Assembly (NCBI GenBank): GCA_035300005.1
Contig: DATGVT010000070.1
Location: 1 to 24,861 of the forward strand
Direction: 5' to 3'
DNA: 24,861 nucleotides
Source: Candidatus Acidiferrales bacterium
GTDB lineage: Bacteria; Chloroflexota; Dormibacteria; Dormibacterales; Dormibacteraceae
Shown here: piece after piece, positions 1 through 8,054 of the stretch
Layout: each line of letters opens with the position of its first letter
Numbering within the stretch: position 1 is the stretch's first letter
Notes under the pieces: model-generated
Seen by the model: only the letters and a program-made list of their open reading frames with translations
Told to the model about the DNA's origin: nothing
Databases searched by the model: none
Translations under genes and position numbers: made by a program

Positions 1-714
1 CAGCTCCGGGCGGATGCTGGACGGCGGCGGTGGATCGTTGTGCACGTGGGCGTACAGGATCTCCATCACCCCGTCGCCCTGGAAAGGCAGCCGGCCGCAG
101 AGGAGCTCGTAGGCGATGGTGGCCAGCGCGTAGTGGTCGGCCGGCGGGCCGACGGCGCTGCCCGTCACCTGCTCGGGTGCCATGTAGGCGGGCGTCCCGG
201 TGGTCACCCCGCTGACGGTCTTCACGGAGGCCGACTGCAGGAGCTTGGCCAGCCCGAAGTCGGCCAGCACAGGCGAGTCGTCCCGGGCCAGAAGGACGTT
301 GCCGGGCTTGACGTCCCGGTGGATGACGCCCTGGGAGTGGGCGTAGTCGAGGCCCTCCGCGATCCCCCGCAGCAGCTTGATCGCCTGCCCGGCCTCCGGC
401 GCGCCCTGGCGCCTGACGCGCTCGGCCAGGGACCCGCCGGGGACGTACTCGACCACCATGTACGGCGTCCCTTCGAACTCCCCGAAGTCGAACACGTTGA
501 GGATGTTCGGATGCCGCATGCGCGCGATCGCCTGTGCCTCGCGCCGGAAGCGGGCGACCGCGTCGGGATCGGGGGCGAGCGACTGCAGAACCTTGACCGC
601 GGCCGTGCGGGCGAGCTGCTCGTGGTAAGCGCGGTAGACGACGCCCATGGCGCCCCGGCCTATGAAGTCCTGGACCTCGTAGGCGCCCAGCTTGACTCCC
701 GGCTGGATGGGCAT
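1..714 (-). CDS. Hanks-type Ser/Thr protein kinase (3' end runs off the window)
   Basis: Not in the ORF track because no stop lies in the window. Manual translation from ATG 714: MPIQPGVKLGAYEVQDFIGRGAMGVVY..AAVKVL..HRDVKPGNVLL..DFGLAK..GTPAYMAPEQ. The Gly-rich loop, VAIK lysine, catalytic loop, DFG and APE motifs are all present. Confidence 0.95.
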   Translation of the reverse strand, partial: MPIQPGVKLGAYEVQDFIGRGAMGVVYRAYHEQLARTAAVKVLQSLAPDPDAVARFRREAQAIARMRHPNILNVFDFGEFEGTPYMVVEYVPGGSLAERVRRQGAPEAGQAIKLLRGIAEGLDYAHSQGVIHRDVKPGNVLLARDDSPVLADFGLAKLLQSASVKTVSGVTTGTPAYMAPEQVTGSAVGPPADHYALATIAYELLCGRLPFQGDGVMEILYAHVHNDPPPPSSIRPEL

Positions 715-757
715 GCGGCCCCTGATTATGCGGGCGGGCCGGCGGCTTCCAATCTCC

Positions 758-1513
758 CTATCGAGGCGTGTCCATCCAACCCGCGCCGCCGCCCCGGCGG
801 GCCGCGACCAGCCCGGCCAAGATGGAGAGCGCGATCTCATTCGGCGTGCTGGCGGCCAGGTCGATTCCGACCGGGCTGCGCACGTGGGCGACGGCCTCGG
901 CGGGCAGGCCGCGCCTCTCCAGCGCCTCCAGGTGATGGCCGGTATGGCGGCGGCTGCCCATCAGGCCCAGGAAGCGGGGGCGGCGGCGCAGGACGGCCTC
1001 CAGGAACGAGGCCACGTCGGGGGCGTCGTGGTCGGTGTGCACGGCGTAGAGGTCGTCGCCCAGGGCTGCCTCCAGCTGGTCGAGCCCCCCAGCCACTGTG
1101 GCGGCCGGCCAGTCGGCGTCCCGCAGCTTCTCCGCGCGGGACTCGAAGAGCACGGTCCGGAAGCCCAGCTCGGGCGCCCAGCGGAGCAGGGCGGCGGCGA
1201 CCGGCGTCGCGGCCCCCACCACCAGCGTCGGGGCGGCCGGGTAGGGCTCCAGGTAGACCTCGATCGAGCCCAGGTCGTGTCCGTAGGTGTGCAGGGTGGG
1301 CCGCCCGCCGTCGAGGACAGGTGAGGCGTCGGCCTGGCCGGCGGCGTCGAACTCGGAGCAGCCCAGGCTGCCGGCCAGGAGGCTGGCGCGGGAGAACAGG
1401 GCCTTGGCGCCTGCCCTCGACGGTGGCCTGCCGTCCAGCCGGATCACGGTGGCCAGCATCACCTCGTCCCCCCGCCCCAGGCGCCGCGCCAGCTCGGGCT
1501 CGACCTCAGGCAT
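758..1513 (-). CDS. xdhC: XdhC/CoxI-family molybdoenzyme maturation factor
   Basis: N-terminal ATVIRLDGRPPSRAGAK..GSLG and EVYLEP; C-terminal Rossmann-like part with HDAPD..LEAVL..FLGLMGSRRH..SPVGIDLAASTPNEIALSILA. ATG overlaps the stop of the upstream desulfurase. Confidence 0.9.
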   Translation of the reverse strand: MPEVEPELARRLGRGDEVMLATVIRLDGRPPSRAGAKALFSRASLLAGSLGCSEFDAAGQADASPVLDGGRPTLHTYGHDLGSIEVYLEPYPAAPTLVVGAATPVAAALLRWAPELGFRTVLFESRAEKLRDADWPAATVAGGLDQLEAALGDDLYAVHTDHDAPDVASFLEAVLRRRPRFLGLMGSRRHTGHHLEALERRGLPAEAVAHVRSPVGIDLAASTPNEIALSILAGLVAARRGGGAGWMDTPR

Positions 1514-2609
1514 GCGCGTGGAGCCGGTCCAGGACGCCTTCGATGACCTCGGCCGCCGACTCCACGTCGTCGTCGGTGGTGTCGTAGCCGACCGTCAGGC
1601 GGAGGCTGCCCAGCGCCTCCTCCAGCGAGAGGCCCATGGCCAGCAGCACATGCGACGGATCCAGCGAGCCGCTGGCGCAGGCGGAGCCACTGGAGGCGGC
1701 GACCCCGGCCAGGTCGAGCGCCAGGAGGACGTCTTCGCCCCTGGCGTGGCCGCAGGCGGCGCTGGCATAGTTCGGCAGCCGGGGATCGCGCCCGGTAAGG
1801 CGCCAGCCGGCTTTGTTACACGTGTAACCAAGCTTCTCGGCGAGCGGCCGGGCGGCTGCGGCCCGGGGCCCGCGCTCGCGGGCTATTACCTCCAGGGCGA
1901 CCGCGACGGCGGTCGCCGCGGCCACGTCCTCGCGACCGGCGCGGCGGCCCCACTCCTGGGGCCCGCCGAACTGCAGGGGCTGCAGGCGGAGCCCTCCCCG
2001 GACCCGGAGCAGACCCCCGCGCCCAGCTCCCAGCTTGTGGCCGCTGAAGGAGGTCAGGTCGGCCGGCGGGACCTCCATCCAGCGCGGCCCCTGGCAGGCG
2101 TCCAGGTGGAGCAGCGCGCCTTGCTCGCGGGCCCGAGCCGCCACCTCCGCCACCGGCTGCAGGCTGCCCACCTCGTTGTTGGCGAGCCCGATCGAGATCA
2201 GGCCGGCGTCGGCGGGGATCCCGTCCGGGTCAGCCCGGGCGCCGGCGTCGACCGGCAGGATGGTCACCGCCCGGCCCTCGGCCTCCAGCTGGCGGGCAGC
2301 CGCCAGCACCGACTGGTGCTCGGCGGCCCAGGTCACGACCCGGGCGGACGCGGGCAGGCGGCGCCCGGCGCCCAGCAGCGCCAGGTTGACCGCCTCGGTG
2401 CCCGAGCTGAGAAAGACCAGCTCGGAGGCCTGCGCGCCCAGCGCCGCCGCGGCCCGGTCGCGGGCACGATCCAGCGCCGCCCGGGCCGCGCGCCCTTCGG
2501 CGTGGGGGCTTGAGGGATTGCCCTCGGGCAGCTCCTTCAGGGCCGAGCCGACCTGGAGCAGCACGGGCGCGCCCCCGGCGTCGTCCAGGTAGATGCGGCG
2601 GACAGTGAT
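1506..2609 (-). CDS. Cysteine desulfurase (IscS/NifS, class V PLP aminotransferase); start codon unresolved
   Basis: IYLD, VFLSSGTEAVNLA, EH-S, NNEVG, HLDACQ, SGHK (PLP lysine) and SSGSACASG (catalytic Cys). The ORF-track ATG at 2726 lies inside the upstream gene and adds a low-complexity tail. 2609 is an in-frame ATC just before IYLD. Confidence 0.88.
   Translation of the reverse strand: MTVRRIYLDDAGGAPVLLQVGSALKELPEGNPSSPHAEGRAARAALDRARDRAAAALGAQASELVFLSSGTEAVNLALLGAGRRLPASARVVTWAAEHQSVLAAARQLEAEGRAVTILPVDAGARADPDGIPADAGLISIGLANNEVGSLQPVAEVAARAREQGALLHLDACQGPRWMEVPPADLTSFSGHKLGAGRGGLLRVRGGLRLQPLQFGGPQEWGRRAGREDVAAATAVAVALEVIARERGPRAAAARPLAEKLGYTCNKAGWRLTGRDPRLPNYASAACGHARGEDVLLALDLAGVAASSGSACASGSLDPSHVLLAMGLSLEEALGSLRLTVGYDTTDDDVESAAEVIEGVLDRLHAHA
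1814..1829. promoter_or_regulatory. parS: parS-like ParB-binding site (copy 1, inside the desulfurase gene)
   Basis: TGTTACACGTGTAACC has a perfect 14-bp palindromic core and fits the chromosomal parS consensus tGTTnCACGTGnAACa. It is an AT-rich island in GC-rich coding DNA. Confidence 0.8.
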
Positions 2610-2640
2610 CGCGCGCCGTGGCGGCGGGCCGCCGCCGCCG

Positions 2641-2979
2641 TCAGCGGCTGGGATCGGGCTGCTGCAGGAGCTCGACCAGCGAGCCCTGGAAGTCCTTGAG
2701 CAGCAGGTGGACGTCGAGGACCTCATCGGTATCGATCGGTCCCGGCCCGGCCGCCACCTCCGCCGCCTCCAGCGCCTCCTGTTCGATCGCCTCCGGCACC
2801 GGGCCCTGGATGGCGAGGATGACGATGAAGGTGACGTGGCAGGCGGCGCAGGTCACCTGGACCGTGTACCGCTCCTCGACGTGAGAGAGCATCCGGATCT
2901 CGCAGCCCTTCAGGCTCCTGCCACAGACCGGGCAGTTGTAGTAGCGGGCGCGATCGCGGATGAACTCGAGCATGCTCAT
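2641..2979 (-). CDS. Hypothetical Zn-ribbon protein (two CxxC pairs) with acidic C-terminal PIDTDEVLDVH..DFQG motif
   Basis: ORF 112 aa with CPVC...CAAC and normal amino-acid composition. Recalled similarity to an uncharacterised Chloroflexota family is not verified. Confidence 0.8.
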   Translation of the reverse strand: MSMLEFIRDRARYYNCPVCGRSLKGCEIRMLSHVEERYTVQVTCAACHVTFIVILAIQGPVPEAIEQEALEAAEVAAGPGPIDTDEVLDVHLLLKDFQGSLVELLQQPDPSR

Positions 2980-2991
2980 CCCGCGGCCATA

Positions 2992-3294
2992 CTACGCCAT
3001 TCCCGATCTGCCGGACCCCGGCTGGCGGTGGCCTTCGATGCAGGTCACTCCGCCGGGTCCGACCACCGCCGAATGCTCGGTTCCGGGGGGCAGCAGGAGG
3101 CGGTCCCCGGGCTCCATCTGGACGCGCTTCCCCTCCTCCTCGAGCACGAAGGTGATCGAGCCGCGGACGCAGTAGAGGACCTTTTCGTAGGCGTGGCTGT
3201 GGGCCGCGTAGCGGTCTCCGGGGCCGTTCGACCAGCTGTAGGCGCCGTCCGCCTCCGCCTGGAGCCGCCGCATCAGCTCGTCGGGCTCGGTCAC
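2992..3294 (-). CDS. Cupin-domain protein
   Basis: Cupin motif 1 HSHAYEKVLYCVRGSITF and motif 2 PGDRLLLPPGTEH. Confidence 0.88.
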   Translation of the reverse strand: MTEPDELMRRLQAEADGAYSWSNGPGDRYAAHSHAYEKVLYCVRGSITFVLEEEGKRVQMEPGDRLLLPPGTEHSAVVGPGGVTCIEGHRQPGSGRSGMA

Positions 3295-3301
3295 GGGCCC
3301 G

Positions 3302-3311
3302 ATCTTAGAAT
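3302..3311. promoter_or_regulatory. Overlapping divergent -10 boxes (bidirectional, leaderless-type promoter)
   Basis: ATCTTAGAAT: TAGAAT (+, 3306-3311) is 6 nt before ATG 3318; TAAGAT (-, 3307-3302) is 7 nt before GTG 3294. The intergenic gap is only 23 nt. Confidence 0.7.
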
Positions 3312-3317
3312 CCGGCC

Positions 3318-3782
3318 ATGGGGCTCCGCTTCCTGGCCGACTCGAACGTGGGCCGGCTGGCGCGCTGGCTGCGGGCGCTGGGGTACGACGCCCGCTTCGA
3401 GCCGGCCCTTTCGGACCCCGAGCTGGTCAGGCTGGCGCTGGCCGAGGAGCGGGTGCTGCTGACGCGGGACCGGGACCTGCTGCAGAGGAGGGTCTTCACC
3501 CGCGGGACGGCGCGGTCGGTCCTCCTTCGCCACGACGGCGTCCTCGACCAGCTGCGCCAGGTCGTCCAGGAGCTGTCGCTGACGCCGGACGCGGCGCTCA
3601 CCCGCTGCCTGGAGTGCAACCGGGAGCTGGAGCCGCGAGACCTGGACCAGGTGGCGGAGCGGGTGCCGCCCTACGTCCGGGCGACGCAGAGCCGGTACGC
3701 CGAGTGCCCGGGCTGCGGTCGCGTTTACTGGGCGGGCACGCACTGGGCACGCATGCGCGGGGTCCTGGCCGGCCTGTGCTGA
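3318..3782 (+). CDS. Mut7-C RNase (PIN-like, DUF82) protein with C-terminal Zn ribbon
   Basis: RFLADSNVGRLARWLRALGYD, LLTRDRDL, RCLECN, CPGCGRVYW-GTHW. Confidence 0.92.
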   Translation: MGLRFLADSNVGRLARWLRALGYDARFEPALSDPELVRLALAEERVLLTRDRDLLQRRVFTRGTARSVLLRHDGVLDQLRQVVQELSLTPDAALTRCLECNRELEPRDLDQVAERVPPYVRATQSRYAECPGCGRVYWAGTHWARMRGVLAGLC

Positions 3783-4168
3783 GCGAGCTCAAGGTCACGA
3801 CCCATCGCCGCGAGGAGGTGGTCGACGTGACCGCTGAGGTGCGGGCGGCGGTCCGCAAGTCCGGCGTCGGGGAGGGGACCTGCCTGGTCTTCTCCCCCCA
3901 CACCACCTGCGGCGTGGCGGTGAACGAGAACGCCGACCCCGCGGTCGGACAGGACCTGCAGCAGCACCTGGCCGAGGTGGTGCCGCGCCTGCGCACCTGG
4001 CAGCACCAAGAAGGCAACTCCGACGCCCACATCAAGGCGGTGCTGGTCGGCCCCAGCGTCACCCTGCCGGTGCTGGGAACGGACCTGAAGCTGGGTCGCT
4101 GGCAGGGGGTCTTCCTCTGCGAGTTCGACGGCCCGCGCGAGCGGAACCTCTGGGTGGTGGTGGGTTGA
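3776..4168 (+). CDS. yjbQ: YjbQ/UPF0047 family protein
   Basis: HTTCGVAVNENADP, GNSDAHIK, LGRWQGVFLCEFDGPRER. Start placed at GTG 3776, overlapping the Mut7-C stop. Confidence 0.92.
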   Translation: MLSELKVTTHRREEVVDVTAEVRAAVRKSGVGEGTCLVFSPHTTCGVAVNENADPAVGQDLQQHLAEVVPRLRTWQHQEGNSDAHIKAVLVGPSVTLPVLGTDLKLGRWQGVFLCEFDGPRERNLWVVVG

Positions 4169-4992
4169 GAGAGGTTCTGCGCCGCTTCCGCGCCGGCGAG
4201 CTGAACGAGGCCGAGGCCGAGGCCGAGCTGCGCCGCGCCCAGCTGCTGGAGCTGGGGGGCCGGGCCCGGCTCGACCTGGGACGGCACGCGCGGCGCAGCC
4301 TGCCGGAGGTGGTGCTGGCGGAGGGCAAGAGCCCGGCCGACGTCGCCCAGCTGGTGCTGGCGCTGGTCCGGGAGCAGGGACAGGGGCTGGCCAGCCGGCT
4401 GGGGCTGGAGCACTGGCCGGCCCTGGAGCAGGCCGCCGCCGGGCACCGGCTGCTCCGCTACGCGGGCGCTGCCCGGGTGGTCCGCCGCGGCTTCCGCCCG
4501 CCTCGGCGCCGGGGGCGGGTCGGGATCCTGACCGCCGGCACCAGCGACCTGCCGGCGGCCGAGGAAGCCCGGATGCTGGTGGAGGCGGCCGGCCTTCGGG
4601 CCCGGCTGGTCGCGGACCTGGGCGTCGCCGGCCTGCATCGCTTCCTGGCGCCGCTGGCCGAGCTGCTGGACTGGGGCGCCGACGTCCTGGTGGTGGCGGC
4701 CGGCATGGACGGCGTCCTGCCCGGGCTGGTGGCCGGCCTGGTCGACCGGCCGGTGGTCGGCCTGCCGGTCTCCAGCGGTTACGGCGCCGGTGGGAGCGGC
4801 GAGGCGGCGCTGCTGACGATGCTGCAGTCGTGCTCGACCGGGCTGACCGTGGTCAACATCGACAACGGGGTCGGAGCCGGCTGCGCGGCGGTGCTCATCG
4901 CCTCCGCCGCCCGCCGAAGAGCACGACGCCCAGCGCGGCCAGCACCAGGAGCGCGACCAGCGCCAGCGGGAGCAGTCCCAGCCAGCGGCTGA
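4165..4992 (+). CDS. larB: Nickel-pincer cofactor biosynthesis protein LarB (PurE/AIR-carboxylase-like)
   Basis: RLD..R..R..PEVVLAEGKS, TAGTSD.PAAEEA, D.GVAGLHR, AGMDG.LP, PVSSGYG, SC..G..VVNIDNG.GA. TTG start overlaps the yjbQ stop. Confidence 0.92.
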   Translation: MREVLRRFRAGELNEAEAEAELRRAQLLELGGRARLDLGRHARRSLPEVVLAEGKSPADVAQLVLALVREQGQGLASRLGLEHWPALEQAAAGHRLLRYAGAARVVRRGFRPPRRRGRVGILTAGTSDLPAAEEARMLVEAAGLRARLVADLGVAGLHRFLAPLAELLDWGADVLVVAAGMDGVLPGLVAGLVDRPVVGLPVSSGYGAGGSGEAALLTMLQSCSTGLTVVNIDNGVGAGCAAVLIASAARRRARRPARPAPGARPAPAGAVPASG

Positions 4993-5131
4993 GGTCGGCC
5001 GCCCCGGGCAGCGCGAAGGACAGCGCCAGCAGGACCAGCACGGCCAGGAGGCCGGCCAGGAGCGCGGGAAATCCGCGCCGGCGCCGCCCGTAGAAGAAGA
5101 GCCAGAGGCGGCCAGGCCGCTGGCGGCTCAC
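4895..5131 (-). CDS. Small two-TM membrane protein
   Basis: 78 aa with two hydrophobic segments flanked by Arg clusters. GTGA coupling to the upstream HAD stop. Confidence 0.6.
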   Translation of the reverse strand: MSRQRPGRLWLFFYGRRRRGFPALLAGLLAVLVLLALSFALPGAADLSRWLGLLPLALVALLVLAALGVVLFGGRRRR

Positions 5132-5844
5132 AGCAAATGCTCGACTTCGGCCAGTCCGGCCACGACCGGCAAGCCGTCCGGCAGGGGCTCCCGGGCCAGG
5201 GCCCTGCAGAGGACCGCCTGCATCCCCAGCCGGCGCGGCCCCTCGTAGTCCTCGCGGACCCGATCGCCGACGTGGAGAGCGCGCGCGGGCGCGACGTCCA
5301 GCTGCCGAAGGACGGCGTGGAAGATCTCGGGCGCCGGCTTGCGGCGGCCGACCTCGGAGGAGAAGACGACCCCGTCCGCGAGCGGGCCGATCCCGTTCTC
5401 GGCGACCTGCCTCCGCATCAGGGCCGGCGGGAAGGGGGCGTTCGAGCAGACGCCGCTGCGCACGCCCAGCTCGCGCAGCCGCCCCAGTACCGCCAGCGCG
5501 CCGGGGGCCAGCTCCACCGAGCGGTCCCAGCAGCGCTGCTCGCGGTCGAGCAGCTCCCAGACCAGTCCGGGCGGCAGCTCCAGGCCGGCCCGCCGCCAGG
5601 CGGCTGCGTAGACCTCCAGGTAGTCCACCTCGTCCTCGCTCCGGCCGCCCAGCGAATCCTCCAGCGGCAGCAGCACCCGCGCCAGCATCTCTTCCGGGCT
5701 GGGCGCCTGGCGGCCCAGCGCCTCCGCCAGCCGCGGCCGCATGCCCTCCAGCATCCGCAGCAGCGCCGCGCGGGGAAAGCTGAAGCTGACCAGGGTCAGC
5801 CCGTAGTCGAACACGACGGCCAGCGTGCTGCTCCCGGAGGGCAC
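5128..5844 (-). CDS. HAD-superfamily hydrolase (subfamily IA)
   Basis: [35 protein letters not shown]. Start reassigned to GTG 5844, 8 nt after a TAAGGT box. Confidence 0.88.
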   Translation of the reverse strand: MPSGSSTLAVVFDYGLTLVSFSFPRAALLRMLEGMRPRLAEALGRQAPSPEEMLARVLLPLEDSLGGRSEDEVDYLEVYAAAWRRAGLELPPGLVWELLDREQRCWDRSVELAPGALAVLGRLRELGVRSGVCSNAPFPPALMRRQVAENGIGPLADGVVFSSEVGRRKPAPEIFHAVLRQLDVAPARALHVGDRVREDYEGPRRLGMQAVLCRALAREPLPDGLPVVAGLAEVEHLL

Positions 5845-5852
5845 GGTCAGCA

Positions 5853-5862
5853 ACCTTATGCT
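5853..5862. promoter_or_regulatory. Overlapping divergent -10 boxes (second bidirectional promoter)
   Basis: ACCTTATGCT: TATGCT (+, 5857-5862) is 6 nt before the moaC GTG 5869; TAAGGT (-, 5858-5853) is 8 nt before the HAD GTG 5844. Confidence 0.65.
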
Positions 5863-5868
5863 GTCGCG

Positions 5869-6354
5869 GTGCCGCAGGCGAAGGGCCGCCGGCTGACGCA
5901 CGTGGACGCGGCCGGGGCCGCTCGCATGGTGGACGTGGGCGCCAAGGCGGTGACGCGCCGCGAGGCGGTGGCCGAGTGCCGGGTGCGGATGGCGCCGGAG
6001 ACGCTGGCCGCTCTGCGCGCGGCGAGCCTGGACAAGGGCGACGCGCTGGGGGTCGCCCGGGTGGCGGGGATCATGGCCGCCAAGCGCACCCCCGAGCTGA
6101 TCCCCCTCTGCCACCCGTTGGCGCTGGACAGCGTGGAGGTCGACTTCGAGCTGGAGGCGGGGGCGGTCCGTGTCCTGACCCGCGTCCAGGTCAGCGGGCG
6201 CACCGGGGTCGAGATGGAGGCACTGACGGCGGCCGCGGTGGCCGGGCTGACCCTGATCGACATGGTCAAGGGCCTGGAGCGCGGCGTCCACCTGGAGGGC
6301 GTGCGCCTGCTCCTGAAGGCGGGCGGCAAGAGCGGCACGTGGCGGCGGAGCTGA
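5869..6354 (+). CDS. moaC: Cyclic pyranopterin monophosphate synthase MoaC
   Basis: [64 protein letters not shown]. Confidence 0.96.
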   Translation: MPQAKGRRLTHVDAAGAARMVDVGAKAVTRREAVAECRVRMAPETLAALRAASLDKGDALGVARVAGIMAAKRTPELIPLCHPLALDSVEVDFELEAGAVRVLTRVQVSGRTGVEMEALTAAAVAGLTLIDMVKGLERGVHLEGVRLLLKAGGKSGTWRRS

Positions 6355-6833
6355 AGGCTCGGGCGCTGGTGGTGACGGTCAGCGACCGCAGCTCCGCCGG
6401 GCGGATGGAGGATCGCAGCGGACCCGCCCTGATGGAAGCCCTGGCCCAGGCCGGCTTCGAGCTGGGCCCCAAGCAGGTGGTGCCCGACGACAGGCAGAGG
6501 ATCGTCGAGGTCCTGCGGGCGGCGGTGGCCCAGGGCTATGACCTGGTGGTGACCACCGGCGGGACGGGGCTCGGCCCCCGCGACGTCACCCCGCAGGCGG
6601 CCGCCAGCCTGCTCGACTACGAGGTGCCCGGGCTGGCCGAGGAGATGCGCCGGCGCGGGGCGCAGAAGACGCCCAACGCCCTCCTCAGCCGCTCGCTGGC
6701 CGGCGTGAGCGAGCACACCCTGCTGCTGAGCCTGCCCGGCAGCCGGAGCGGCGCCCTGGAGTCGCTGGAGGCGGTGCTGCCCGTCCTCGGCCATGCGCTG
6801 CAGCTCCTGCGCGGGCAGACCGAGCACCCGTGA
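6339..6833 (+). CDS. moaB: MoaB/MogA molybdopterin adenylyltransferase
   Basis: [41 protein letters not shown]. Confidence 0.92.
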   Translation: MAAELKARALVVTVSDRSSAGRMEDRSGPALMEALAQAGFELGPKQVVPDDRQRIVEVLRAAVAQGYDLVVTTGGTGLGPRDVTPQAAASLLDYEVPGLAEEMRRRGAQKTPNALLSRSLAGVSEHTLLLSLPGSRSGALESLEAVLPVLGHALQLLRGQTEHP

Positions 6834-7507
6834 ACCTGAACTCGGACCTGGGCGAGGCGGCCGGCCCGGAGGCGGAGATCCTGCCTCTGATCGACAGCGC
6901 CAACGTCTGCTGCGGCGTCCACGCCGGCTCCGTCACTGCCAGCCTGGAGACCGTGCGCCGCTGCCACCAGCTTGGAATCGAGGTGGGCGCGCATCCCGGC
7001 TACGACGACCGCGCCAACTTCGGCCGGGTCGAGGTGCCGCTGAGGCCGGAGGAGATCGAGCAGCTGGTGCGGTTCCAGGTCGGCGCCCTGGCGGCGGTCG
7101 CCAGCCTGGGCTACATCAAGGTCCACGGCGCGCTCTACCACCGCTGCCAGGCCGACCCCGCCGCGGCCGACGCCCTGGCGCGGGTGGCGCGCGACTTCGG
7201 GGTGGGGCTCCTGGGCCAGCCCGGGTTCGAGATCCTGGTCGCTGCCCGCCGGGCGGGCGTGCCCGGCCACCGCGAGGGCTACGCCGACCGCGCCTACCTG
7301 CCCGACGGCCGGCTGCGACCCCGCACCGAGAAGGGAGCCGTGCTCAGCCCCGAGGAGGCAGCTGAGCAGGCGCTGCGCCTGCTGCGCTCGGGCGACTACG
7401 ACACGGTCTGCGTCCACGGCGATTCACCGGGCTCGGCGCAGGTGGTCCACACCGTCCGGGAGGGCCTGCGCCAGGCGGGCGTCAGAACCGGTCCGCTCAA
7501 GCGCTGA
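6830..7507 (+). CDS. pxpA: 5-oxoprolinase subunit A (LamB/YcsF family)
   Basis: LNSDLGE, SANVCCGVHAG, GAHPGYDDRANFGR, YIKVHGALY, EGYADRAY, TVCVHGDS. Confidence 0.92.
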   Translation: MNLNSDLGEAAGPEAEILPLIDSANVCCGVHAGSVTASLETVRRCHQLGIEVGAHPGYDDRANFGRVEVPLRPEEIEQLVRFQVGALAAVASLGYIKVHGALYHRCQADPAAADALARVARDFGVGLLGQPGFEILVAARRAGVPGHREGYADRAYLPDGRLRPRTEKGAVLSPEEAAEQALRLLRSGDYDTVCVHGDSPGSAQVVHTVREGLRQAGVRTGPLKR

Positions 7508-7532
7508 GCGCGAGCAACTACACTTTTTTCGC

Positions 7533-8039
7533 ATGCTGGAGGTTGGGGAGAAGGCGCCGGACTTCGAGCTGCCCGGCACCGGTGGCAGCGAGGTCAGGCT
7601 CTCGGAGATCCTGCCCCGGCACGGGGCGACCATCATCGCCTTCTACGTCCTCGACTTCACCCCCGGTTGAAAGACCGAGCTGACCGAGTTTCGGTCCCGG
7701 CACGAACAGATCGAGCGGTCCCGGCTGGGGCTGTACGCGATCAGCGTGGACTCCGTCTTCAGCCACCGGGCCTTCGCGGAGGAGCTCGGCGGGCTGCCCT
7801 TCGAGCTGCTCGCCGACTTCGAGCGGAAGGTCGTGGGCGAGTGGGGCGTGCGCCGGGACGACGTCAAGAACTACTCGGGGATGCCGATGCGCACGGTCTT
7901 CATCCTCGACCCCGAGGGGGTGGTTCGCTGGCGCTGGGTCCGCTCGCAGGAGCAGCCGCTGCCTGACTTCGACCTCGTGATCGCCGAGGCCCAGAAGGTG
8001 GCTCGCCGGCCGCAACGCAAGGCCGCTCGCAAGAGCTAG
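7533..8039 (+). CDS. Selenocysteine-containing peroxiredoxin (AhpC/TSA family), 168 aa, Sec at codon 46
   Basis: The frame reads MLEVGEKAPDFELP..FYVLDFTPG-TGA(7668-7670)-KTELTEFR..AISVDS..H.AF..LPFELLADF..RTVFILDPEG. The UGA occupies the peroxidatic Cys position (FTPxC), and homology continues seamlessly on both sides. Confidence 0.85.
7671..7704 (+). promoter_or_regulatory. Candidate bacterial SECIS element
   Basis: After UGA there is an 11-nt spacer (AAGACCGAGCT), then the hairpin GACCGA-GTT-TCGGTC (7682-7696) with a loop starting GU. A weaker lower stem is possible (7679-7681/7699-7701). The spacing matches that of the E. coli fdhF SECIS. Confidence 0.65.
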
Positions 8040-8054
8040 CCTGCTAGCAGCCCG

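Noticed and set aside
40-1587. Long Arg/Pro/Gly-rich ORFs in the track (e.g. 40-1587, 1287-2513, 3598-4638, 11753-13450, 19148-20704, 22176-23750)
   Set aside because: They are antisense or off-frame shadows of well-supported genes, an expected product of very high GC, and have no recognisable motifs.
2618-2640. GGC/GCC trinucleotide run upstream of the desulfurase as a phase-variation tract
   Set aside because: Only about four units, common at this GC content, and a 3-nt unit would not shift the frame.
7494-7530. Intrinsic terminator after pxpA (CGCTCA/TGAGCG hairpin plus T6)
   Set aside because: The T-run begins about 13 nt after the 6-bp stem and overlaps the TACACT -10 box, so it is better explained as promoter sequence.
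7533-7670. Peroxiredoxin as a nonsense pseudogene, or as the two short ORFs 7667-7966 and 7746-8039
   Set aside because: The only lesion is a TGA at the catalytic Cys position followed by a SECIS-like hairpin; selenocysteine recoding is the more parsimonious reading.
8036-8047. CTAG-cctg-CTAG at the prx/pxpC convergent junction as a MITE excision footprint or terminator
   Set aside because: Only 12 bp, with no terminal-repeat remnant and no U-tract; chance cannot be excluded.
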